Program-made: the position numbers and the translations under genes
Shown: positions 16,425-22,953 of the stretch, piece after piece
Layout: each line of letters starts with the position of its first letter
How positions within the stretch are numbered: position 1 is the stretch's first letter
Assembly: GCA_001695645.1 (NCBI GenBank)
Contig: LVZN01000005.1
Location: 42,860 to 74,859, forward strand
From: Erysipelotrichaceae bacterium MTC7
Lineage (GTDB): Bacteria > Bacillota_I > Bacilli_A > Erysipelotrichales > Erysipelotrichaceae
Length of the DNA: 32,000 bases
Reading direction: 5' to 3'
Notes under the pieces: model-generated
The model's input: only the letters and a program-made list of their open reading frames with translations
The model's database searches: none
Told to the model about the DNA's origin: nothing

Positions 16425-17399
16425 ATGGATAAGGAAAAAGCTGTAGTTTTTGCCCTAACTACAAGTGTAAACTTGGCAAAGGAAATGTGTGAAGTCATTG
16501 GGATGGATCTTGGTAACTGTGAGGTAAAACACTTTGCGGATGGAGAAATTCTTGTGCAACTAGGAGAAACCGTTCGTGGAAAAGATGTCTTCATTGTACA
16601 ATCAACATGTAACCCAGTATCAAGCGCAATTATGGAAGTATTGATTTTTATTGATGCATGTAAACGTGCAAGTGCGAAAAGCATAACGGTTATGACACCA
16701 TATTATGGATATGCTCGACAAGATCGTAAAGCACAGCCACGCCAACCAATTACCGCTAAACTTGTCGCTGATTTATTACAAGCAGCAGGTGCAACACGTG
16801 TTGTAACTACAGAATTACACGCTGCCCAAATTCAAGGGTTCTTCAATATCCCAGTTGATGATTTAAGTGTAATGTGTATTTTATCAAACTACTTTGTTGA
16901 TAAATTTGGAACTAACGCAGATGATGTTGTCGTTGTTTCACCTGACCATGGTGGAACGACTCGTGCACGTAAAGTAGCAAATGCGTTAAACTGCCCACTT
17001 GCCATTATTGATAAACGTCGTCCAAAACCAAACGTTGCTGAAGCAATGAATCTAATTGGGGATGTTAAGGGTAAAAAAGCAATCGTTGTTGATGATATTG
17101 TAGATACAGCAGGAACATTAATGGCTGGTATTGATATGTTATATGACAATGGAGCTACTGAAGTGTATACAGCTTGTGCACATGCAGTCTTAAGTGATCC
17201 AGCAATTGAACGTATCAACAATTCAAGAATTGTTGAGTTCATCTGTACAAACTCAATTGAACAAACAGAAAATGCGAAAAACATGCCAAAAATGCGTGTG
17301 ATTAGTTTAGCTGAATTACTAGGATACACCATCCAACAAATTGAAGATGGACGTCCAGTAAGTGAAATGTTACAACGTTTCAACTACGATAATAAATAA
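16425..17399 (+). CDS. prs: Ribose-phosphate pyrophosphokinase (PRPP synthetase)
   Basis: 324 aa with YYGYARQDRK and the PRPP-binding loop VVDDIVDTAGT. An AAGGAG SD is present. Confidence 0.95.
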   Translation: MDKEKAVVFALTTSVNLAKEMCEVIGMDLGNCEVKHFADGEILVQLGETVRGKDVFIVQSTCNPVSSAIMEVLIFIDACKRASAKSITVMTPYYGYARQDRKAQPRQPITAKLVADLLQAAGATRVVTTELHAAQIQGFFNIPVDDLSVMCILSNYFVDKFGTNADDVVVVSPDHGGTTRARKVANALNCPLAIIDKRRPKPNVAEAMNLIGDVKGKKAIVVDDIVDTAGTLMAGIDMLYDNGATEVYTACAHAVLSDPAIERINNSRIVEFICTNSIEQTENAKNMPKMRVISLAELLGYTIQQIEDGRPVSEMLQRFNYDNK

Positions 17400-17406
17400 G
17401 TAAAAT

Positions 17407-17430
17407 AGACACTTCGGTGTCTTTTTTTTG
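17407..17430 (+). terminator. Terminator after prs
   Basis: Stem agacac / gtgtct with a TTCG loop, followed by T8. Confidence 0.85.
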
Positions 17431-17504
17431 GCAAGTGATTATTAGGTATCCCTTTAGCTGTGATTTATCGTATAATAAACATAGATGAAGATAAGGGGGA
17501 TCAC

Positions 17505-18125
17505 ATGAAAGTCTTATTAATGAACGGAAGTCCACGTCCAGCAGGGTGTACACATCGTGCATTGCTTGAAGTGGAAAAGCAGTTACAAGCCGAAGGGATT
17601 GAAACCGAAATCTTGCATATCGGAACAACACCAATCATGGGGTGTACGTCATGTGGGATTTGTAAAGAGAAAGGACGTTGTTTTCAAGATGATATTGTCA
17701 ACAACTTTGCCAAGTTAGCAGAAACTGCAGATGGATTTGTCTTTGGTAGCCCAACCTATTATGCAGATGCATCAGGACCGTTAACCGCATTTCTCAATCG
17801 TTTGTTTTATTCAGCTGGTGATAAACTTGCGCAAAAGCCAGGAGCTGCAGTTGCCTCTTGTCGAAGAGCTGGTGCAATTACCGCATTGGATCATATCCAA
17901 AAGTATTTTCTAATAAATAATATGCCAGTTATGGCTTCGCAATATTGGAACGTCGTACATGGCTCAACACCTGCAGATGTTGAAAAAGATTTGGAAGGTC
18001 TACAAACCATGCGGTCACTAGCAAAAAATATGGCATGGATGTTAAAGTGCATTGAAGCGGGAATGGAAAAAGGATTGCCATTTCCAGAATATGAAAAAAA
18101 GGTGAAAACAAACTTCATTCGTTAA
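17505..18125 (+). CDS. Flavodoxin-like NAD(P)H-dependent FMN reductase family protein, iron-sulfur flavoprotein (Isf)-like
   Basis: 206 aa starting MKVLLMNGSPR (FMN_red-type N-terminus). It carries the compact cysteine motif CTSCGICKEKGRC (CX2CX2CX5C). I use the ATG at 17505, after AAGGGGGA, rather than the track start 17460. Confidence 0.7.
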   Translation: MKVLLMNGSPRPAGCTHRALLEVEKQLQAEGIETEILHIGTTPIMGCTSCGICKEKGRCFQDDIVNNFAKLAETADGFVFGSPTYYADASGPLTAFLNRLFYSAGDKLAQKPGAAVASCRRAGAITALDHIQKYFLINNMPVMASQYWNVVHGSTPADVEKDLEGLQTMRSLAKNMAWMLKCIEAGMEKGLPFPEYEKKVKTNFIR

Positions 18126-18134
18126 GGAGGTATT

Positions 18135-18761
18135 ATGTCTAGAAAAATACTCATTACCATTTCTCGTGAATATGGAAGTGGTGGAATCTTACTTGCCCAA
18201 ACACTGGGAAAAAAACTAGCGATTCCGGTGTACGATAAAGAAATGCTCTTTCATATGAGTAAGGAAAGTGACATGAATAAAAGCATTCATGACCAAGTTG
18301 AAAAAGACGTCGAAAAAGCGAATTACTATTTTAACCTAGGTGGTGTTAAATTTTTGGGACCGAGTGGTGTTTTAAGTGAAATTGCTTTACATGAACGTGT
18401 CTATACCAATCAACGGGATATCATTTTACAAGTCGCAAAAGAAAGTTGTGTTATCTTGGGAAGGTGTTCCGGATACGTGTTAAGAGACAATCCCGATGTG
18501 GTCCGTGTTTTTATACGTGCGGATTTAGAAGATAAAAAGCAACGGGCAATTGAGGTGTATAAAGACGATCCTGAAACGATTGAACAAACAATGCACGATA
18601 TGGATGTACGAAGATCCAACTATTACAACTACTTTACTAACGAAGTATGGGGTAAACTAAACAATTATGATTTGATGGTCAATACAAGTAAAGTTGGCAT
18701 TGAAGGTGCTGCGGATGCTATCATTGCCTACATACAAGCTAGGGACGAAGAAAAGGAGTAA
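18135..18761 (+). CDS. Cytidylate kinase-like family protein (function unknown)
   Basis: 208 aa. The N-terminus ILITISREYGSGGILLAQTLGKKLAIPVYDKE resembles the cytidylate_kin2-type family as I remember it. An AAGGAGG SD is present. Confidence 0.65.
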   Translation: MSRKILITISREYGSGGILLAQTLGKKLAIPVYDKEMLFHMSKESDMNKSIHDQVEKDVEKANYYFNLGGVKFLGPSGVLSEIALHERVYTNQRDIILQVAKESCVILGRCSGYVLRDNPDVVRVFIRADLEDKKQRAIEVYKDDPETIEQTMHDMDVRRSNYYNYFTNEVWGKLNNYDLMVNTSKVGIEGAADAIIAYIQARDEEKE

Positions 18762-18825
18762 GTGTTTACTTCTTTTTTTAGTTTACGAAACTGATGGTCC
18801 ATGCGTAGATAGCATACTGTTGTAT

Positions 18826-18850
18826 AAAAAAAGGCAGCTATTTGCTGCCC
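18826..18850 (-). terminator. Terminator of ribU
   Basis: On the minus strand: GGCAGC-AAAUA-GCUGCC followed by U7. The stop codon sits in the loop. Confidence 0.8.
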
Positions 18851-19425
18851 TTTAAAATTGGTGTTACTTTTTTGTAAACTAGGAATACGACAAGACAAGT
18901 TGCAGTTCCTTTGATTAAATTAAACGGTAATACTGCCACAAGGATAAACATAAATAAATTTGTCACCGGAATACTTGCTTGACTTAAAAATGCTTCGATT
19001 GGCATCTTGAAGAAATATGCGTAAGCTGGTAGTAACACAAAGTAATTTAATACCATCGCAACAACACACAAACTTACAATTCCAACTACCATACCGATGA
19101 ACGCTTGTTTTTTTGTCTTGTTTTTGTGGTAGAGGTAACTTGCAGGAACCACGAGTGCACATCCCATTAGAAAGTTTGCAACTTCACCAATTCCCATGGT
19201 TGTTGACCCATCGAGTAGAAAGTTGATAAAGTTCTTTAATGCTTCAATCATTATGGCTGGTCCAGGCCCTAAGGCAAATCCTCCAAGTAAGACGATAACT
19301 TCACTGAAGTCCACTTTGTAGAAAGGTGGAACCAGTGGGACAAGTGATATTTCAAATAACATCACCACCGCAGCAATTGCTGCAAGGACACTAACTTTAA
19401 TGAGTGTCTCTAGTTTTTTATTCAT
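18838..19425 (-). CDS. ribU: ECF-type riboflavin transporter S component
   Basis: 195 aa six-TM protein beginning MNKKLETLIKVSVLAAIAAV after AAAGGAG. An FMN riboswitch lies directly upstream. The track ORF start at 19536 reads through the riboswitch terminator and is rejected. Confidence 0.85.
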   Translation of the reverse strand: MNKKLETLIKVSVLAAIAAVVMLFEISLVPLVPPFYKVDFSEVIVLLGGFALGPGPAIMIEALKNFINFLLDGSTTMGIGEVANFLMGCALVVPASYLYHKNKTKKQAFIGMVVGIVSLCVVAMVLNYFVLLPAYAYFFKMPIEAFLSQASIPVTNLFMFILVAVLPFNLIKGTATCLVVFLVYKKVTPILKGSK

Positions 19426-19445
19426 TTCATAATCTCCTTTTCCAT

Positions 19446-19470
19446 AAAAAAACCTGTGAGTAACACAGGG
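19446..19470 (-). terminator. Terminator forming the FMN riboswitch expression platform
   Basis: On the minus strand: CCUGUG-UUACU-CACAGG followed by U7, about 20 nt before the ribU SD. Confidence 0.8.
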
Positions 19471-19492
19471 CGTGATTTCATATGAAAAGAAT

Positions 19493-19613
19493 GCTCTTCT
19501 TTCATCCAGACTATACTGTCGCCACTGGAATTGCACCAGTTCAGCCTTTCGGCTCGCGGGGTTTACCGCCGGTCAGGAATTGTTAGTAAACTAACGCACC
19601 TTGCCCTGAAGAT
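19493..19613 (-). promoter_or_regulatory. FMN riboswitch (RFN element)
   Basis: The minus-strand RNA reads AUCUUCAGGGCAAGGUG...AAUUCCUGACCGGCGGUAAACCCCGCGAGCC...GGUGCAAUUCCAGUGGCGACAGUAUAGUCUGGAUGAAAGAAGAG. This contains the conserved RFN blocks and P1 pairing AUCUUC/GAAGA. Confidence 0.92.
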
Positions 19614-19622
19614 TACAAAATC

Positions 19623-19650
19623 ATTATAGCATAATTTTTAAAAATGCAAA
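19623..19650 (-). promoter_or_regulatory. Candidate promoter of the FMN riboswitch-ribU transcript
   Basis: On the minus strand: TTTGCA, 16-nt spacer, TGcTATAAT (extended -10). The -10 ends about 9 nt before the riboswitch. Confidence 0.55.
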
Positions 19651-19679
19651 TAAAAAAGCAGGAAACCCTACTTTTTTTG
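19650..19679. terminator. Bidirectional terminator-like hairpin at the 3' end of the 74-aa ORF
   Basis: Stem agcagg / cctact (one G-U) with a 4-nt loop, flanked by A6 on one side and T7 on the other. It overlaps the stop codon at 19668-19670. Confidence 0.55.
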
Positions 19680-19892
19680 ATTTAGCTGGTCTTGTTCCAG
19701 CTTATTGGTTAGCCATGTGTGATACAAACACAACATGTCTAAAGTGAATAACATGGATCCATGATTTAGTTGGATTGCAATTTCGTTTATATCCATATTG
19801 GGTGTAAGTCGTTCTGCGCTATGACGACTCATTAGACTCTCCAAAGTACCTTCTTCCATTTCTGCAAGAAACTCAGTAATTTCTGGTAACAT
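19668..19892 (-). CDS. Hypothetical small protein (74 aa), no recognisable family
   Basis: The ORF has a GAAGGA SD 11 nt upstream, a perfect TATAAT (19917-19922, minus strand) and its own terminator. The product is acidic, predicted helical, and has no TM segment. Confidence 0.45.
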   Translation of the reverse strand: MLPEITEFLAEMEEGTLESLMSRHSAERLTPNMDINEIAIQLNHGSMLFTLDMLCLYHTWLTNKLEQDQLNQKK

Positions 19893-20001
19893 AAGTTTTC
19901 ACATCCTTCACTCAACATTATAGTACAAACATGATAAAAATCCATAGCTATGCATATTTTCACATACTTGTTTCTCAAGTAATCCATAGTATAATACTAC
20001 T

Positions 20002-21306
20002 ATGAAAACCAAACCCATTAACGCAATGCAACAAACCATAACTGGACTTGCAGTTTTTATCCTTGGCTTAATTATCTTAAATACCGGTATGCTAACCTTG
20101 CGCACCTTTTTTTATGTGTTTGGTATTGTGTTCTTGTTTATGGGATCAAGTAAACTGCTTGGACTTATACTTAGTAAAATAAGAGGTATCAAAAGTGCGA
20201 CTTCTTTTGTGCGAATTTGCATTGATTTTGCCATTGGCTTTCTCATTATTCGATATCCTGGTATGCCAGTGTGGCTTTTTGGAATTGTTTGTGGTTTGTA
20301 TGCATTATTGAATGCGACCATTCGGTTTGTCAATTTCTACATCCTGAGAAAAAACCATGCACATGGACAATACAAGGAATTGATTGTTGGTATCGCGTAT
20401 TTCGTGTTTGGTGTTTTCCTGTTGTTTTCACCGATGCTGTATGTCAGTGTTGTTGTTAACATCATTGCGGTGTTTTTCATACTATATGGGTTTTGGCTGT
20501 TACACGATGGGATTCGCTTGGCTTTATCGATTCAAAAGAAAAATGATTTCAAGCGCAAGATTCGTATCACCCTGCCAACTTTTATTGAATTTCTGATTCC
20601 AACGTTTGTCTTAGGTGAAATTAATAAAGCACTACAACCGAGTGATGTTCATACAGAAACAATCCTAAGTTATGAAGAGCGCAAAAGTGAGGAACATACG
20701 GATGTGGAAGTTCTTGTCCATATGAGTGAAGAAGGGTTTGGTCGTGTAGGCCATGTTGATTTGGCATATAAAGATCGTGTGATTTCTTATGGGAATTACG
20801 ACCCAGGTAGTTGGCGTATGTTTGAACTCATCGGTGATGGAGTAATTTTCACCACGGAGAAAGAAGGCTATCTACCCTTTGTGATTGCGGATAGTAAAAA
20901 AACATTGGTTGGCTTTGGTTTGAAGTTAAATGAAAATCAACTACAGGCGATGGGAACCTTAGTGGATCAACTAATGGATAACACCATTAAGTGGGTTCCA
21001 CCGTTTTATGTGGGCTTGCAAGATTTCTATGCGAGTCGTCTAAATTATCACGTACCAACAAACTTTTATAAGGTTCGTAGTGGTCGCTTCCACACGTTTT
21101 TTGTGGTTGGTGATAACTGTGTTCGATTTGTGGATCGCTTACTTGGTGCCACGGGTATTGACTTGATTAAATTGTATGGAATTATTACGCCAGGTAGTTA
21201 CTATGAGTATTTAAATAACGAGTTTGCCAACCCCAATGGATTTGTCGTAAATAAACGAATTTATAGCAGCAATGTAGAAATAAATGGAGGGAAAAATGAA
21301 ACGTAA
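20002..21306 (+). CDS. Membrane protein: N-terminal DUF308/HdeD-like TM repeats + C-terminal uncharacterised soluble domain with a His...NC motif
   Basis: 434 aa. About 6 TM helices occupy the first 190 aa. The soluble domain then contains GRVGHVDLAYKDRVISYGNYD and, about 130 aa later, FFVVGDNCVRFVDRLLG. There is no SD. A TATAAT ends 6 nt before the ATG. Confidence 0.6.
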   Translation: MKTKPINAMQQTITGLAVFILGLIILNTGMLTLRTFFYVFGIVFLFMGSSKLLGLILSKIRGIKSATSFVRICIDFAIGFLIIRYPGMPVWLFGIVCGLYALLNATIRFVNFYILRKNHAHGQYKELIVGIAYFVFGVFLLFSPMLYVSVVVNIIAVFFILYGFWLLHDGIRLALSIQKKNDFKRKIRITLPTFIEFLIPTFVLGEINKALQPSDVHTETILSYEERKSEEHTDVEVLVHMSEEGFGRVGHVDLAYKDRVISYGNYDPGSWRMFELIGDGVIFTTEKEGYLPFVIADSKKTLVGFGLKLNENQLQAMGTLVDQLMDNTIKWVPPFYVGLQDFYASRLNYHVPTNFYKVRSGRFHTFFVVGDNCVRFVDRLLGATGIDLIKLYGIITPGSYYEYLNNEFANPNGFVVNKRIYSSNVEINGGKNET

Positions 21307-22120
21307 AGTTGTGTTTATTGATGTGGATGGAACCTTGTGTTTAGATGATGGTCATACGGTACCAGAAAGTGCACAATTCGCTTGTAAGCAAGCAAGAAAA
21401 AATGGTCATAAGTTGTTTTTGTGTACAGGGCGTTCCAAACCAGAAATCTTTGATAATATTTTAGCGGTGGGCTTTGATGGAATTATTGGCGCTGGTGGTG
21501 GCTTTGCAGATGTGAATCAAGAAAATTTGTTTCACAAACAAATGCAAGAAGCTGATGTCAGAGCTGTGCAAGCGTATTTTGAAGAACGTGGAATCTTATA
21601 CTATATCGAAAGTAATGAAGGGTTGTTTGGCTCTCACGAACTGCAATTGCATTTAGCAAAACTGATGTGTCCAGATAATCTTGAAAAAGGGTTGGAGGCT
21701 CCGTTTGTCAAAGCGTTGCAACCATTTAGTAAGGCAATCGACTATGCATCAATTAATAAAATATGTTTTTTGGACAATGTAAATCATCCACTGCAGGATG
21801 TAGAAAACCGTTTCGAAGATGTTTTTGAAGTGTTAGCGTGTACGGTTCCTGCCTTTGGTAAAAACAGTGGTGAACTGGTAATCAAAGGGGTAAACAAAGC
21901 AACGGCAATTGATCAAGTCTTAGCACACCTTGGCGTAAGTCAAAAAGAAACGATTGCCATTGGTGATGGAAAAAATGATATTGAGATGTTTGTCTACTGC
22001 AATGTTGGTGTTGCTGTTGGCAACGCAGATCCAAAACTGAAAGAGGTTAGTGATTTTGTTTCGAGTCGTCATGATGAAGATGGATTGTATCAAGCATTCG
22101 CAAAACTCGAACTGATCTAG
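21296..22120 (+). CDS. Cof-type HAD-IIB family phosphatase
   Basis: 274 aa with HAD motif I FIDVDGTL, the Cof-type cap and motif IV GDGKNDIEM. I use the ATG at 21296 after GGAGGG. It overlaps the upstream gene by 11 nt. Confidence 0.85.
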   Translation: MKRKVVFIDVDGTLCLDDGHTVPESAQFACKQARKNGHKLFLCTGRSKPEIFDNILAVGFDGIIGAGGGFADVNQENLFHKQMQEADVRAVQAYFEERGILYYIESNEGLFGSHELQLHLAKLMCPDNLEKGLEAPFVKALQPFSKAIDYASINKICFLDNVNHPLQDVENRFEDVFEVLACTVPAFGKNSGELVIKGVNKATAIDQVLAHLGVSQKETIAIGDGKNDIEMFVYCNVGVAVGNADPKLKEVSDFVSSRHDEDGLYQAFAKLELI

Positions 22121-22155
22121 TGTTTTTAGAACATTAATTTTATGCTTGAAATTTT

Positions 22156-22190
22156 AAGCGGTATCGTATTTACAAGGTATCGCTTTTTGT
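22156..22190 (+). terminator. Candidate terminator after the HAD gene
   Basis: Stem aagcggta / tatcgctt (8 bp, one G-U) with a 14-nt loop, followed by TTTGT. It overlaps the presumed pur promoter (-10 TATTAT 22192-22197). Confidence 0.4.
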
Positions 22191-22210
22191 GTATTATAGG
22201 AATGTAAGAA

Positions 22211-22284
22211 AGTACTTGTATAATCGTTGAGATAAGGTCAACAAGTTTCTACCTCACGCCGTTGTTTGTGAGACTACAAGGAAT
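22211..22284 (+). promoter_or_regulatory. Purine riboswitch, guanine-type (C at the specificity position)
   Basis: CUUGUAUAAUCGUUGAGAUAAGGUCAACAAGUUUCUACCUCACGCCGUUGUUUGUGAGACUACAAG is near-identical to B. subtilis xpt in the J1/2 (UAUAAUCG), L2 (GAUAAGG), J2/3 (AAGUUUCUACC) and L3 (CCGU) blocks. GAC-UACAAG places C at the position-74 equivalent. Confidence 0.92.
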
Positions 22285-22401
22285 GAAGTTTGTATACGTA
22301 CTTTTTTTATTGATTTGCGCTCTAACTTGTGGGGAGGTAACAGCATGCAAATGATGGTTATGAATACAAATTTCACAAGAAATCGTAAATTTTTTTCATA
22401 A

Positions 22402-22435
22402 CGTGGTAGATAGTTTTATTAACCACGGTTTTTTT
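22402..22435 (+). terminator. Terminator-like hairpin immediately upstream of the purE SD
   Basis: Stem cgtggt / accacg (6 bp) with a 14-nt AU-rich loop, followed by G then T7. It ends 8 nt before the GGAGG of purE. Confidence 0.6.
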
Positions 22436-22455
22436 ATTTTCTGGAGGTAAGAAAG

Positions 22456-22953
22456 ATGATTCAAGTAAGTATTGTTATGGGAAGTAAAAGTGATTTAGAA
22501 GTCATGCAGAATTGTATGGACCAATTAAAAGAATTTGGAATCGGCTATGAGGTGCGTATTCTTAGTGCACACCGAACACCAAGTGAAGCTCACAACTATG
22601 CAAAAGCACTACGTACGCGTGGTGTGAAAGTCGTTATTGCTGCTGCTGGTGGGGCTGCCCATCTTGCTGGAGTCATCGCTGGAGTAACTACCTTGCCAGT
22701 AATTGGTGTGCCTATGCAAACCAGTGCGTTAGGTGGTATGGATTCCTTGCTTTCAACGGTACAAATGCCAAAAGGAATTCCTGTTGCAACTGTCGCGATT
22801 GGAAAAGCAGGTGCGGCAAACGCAGCGATTCTAGCTGCACAAATGATTGGTATTGATGATGAAGCAATGGCAATCAAACTTGATGAATTTAAATTAGATA
22901 TGGCAAAAACTGTCCTTGCTGGCAGTGATGTAGAAACATACGAGGGCAACTAA
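22456..22953 (+). CDS. purE: N5-carboxyaminoimidazole ribonucleotide mutase (class I PurE)
   Basis: 165 aa with the motifs SAHRTP and AAAGGAAHLAG, which I associate with class I PurE. Confidence 0.92.
   Translation: MIQVSIVMGSKSDLEVMQNCMDQLKEFGIGYEVRILSAHRTPSEAHNYAKALRTRGVKVVIAAAGGAAHLAGVIAGVTTLPVIGVPMQTSALGGMDSLLSTVQMPKGIPVATVAIGKAGAANAAILAAQMIGIDDEAMAIKLDEFKLDMAKTVLAGSDVETYEGN

Noticed and set aside
18838-19536. Track version of the ribU ORF starting at 19536 (232 aa).
   Set aside because: The extra 37 codons cover the FMN riboswitch 3' end and its terminator. The internal ATG at 19425 has a proper AAAGGAG SD.
19908-20105. 65-aa minus-strand ORF overlapping the start of the 434-aa membrane protein gene.
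   Set aside because: It overlaps the divergent promoter region and the opposite-strand CDS. It has no SD and is a hydrophobic mirror of the TM-rich sense frame.
20271-20596. Alternate-frame plus-strand ORFs 20271..20459 and 20384..20596, both Cys-rich.
   Set aside because: They are nested out of frame within the TM region of the 434-aa gene, have no SD, and their composition is an artefact of T-rich codons.
22127-22140. PurR PurBox-like sequence TTTTTAGAACATTAA upstream of the pur promoter.
   Set aside because: Only the GAACATT part matches the AWWWCCGAACWWT consensus as I recall it. The CCG core is TAG, and no inverted partner box is present, so it is too weak to call.
22285-22401. A tandem PRPP (ykkC subtype) or ZTP (pfl) aptamer in the pur leader, and a ZTP aptamer upstream of fhs.
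   Set aside because: I could not find the conserved blocks of either class as I remember them (GGGUUCC...GUCCGAGAG...ACGGAGGGA...CCCGGGAGA for ykkC; GGGUCGU...CCGCCUGGGC for ZTP). The fhs leader is only about 20 nt.
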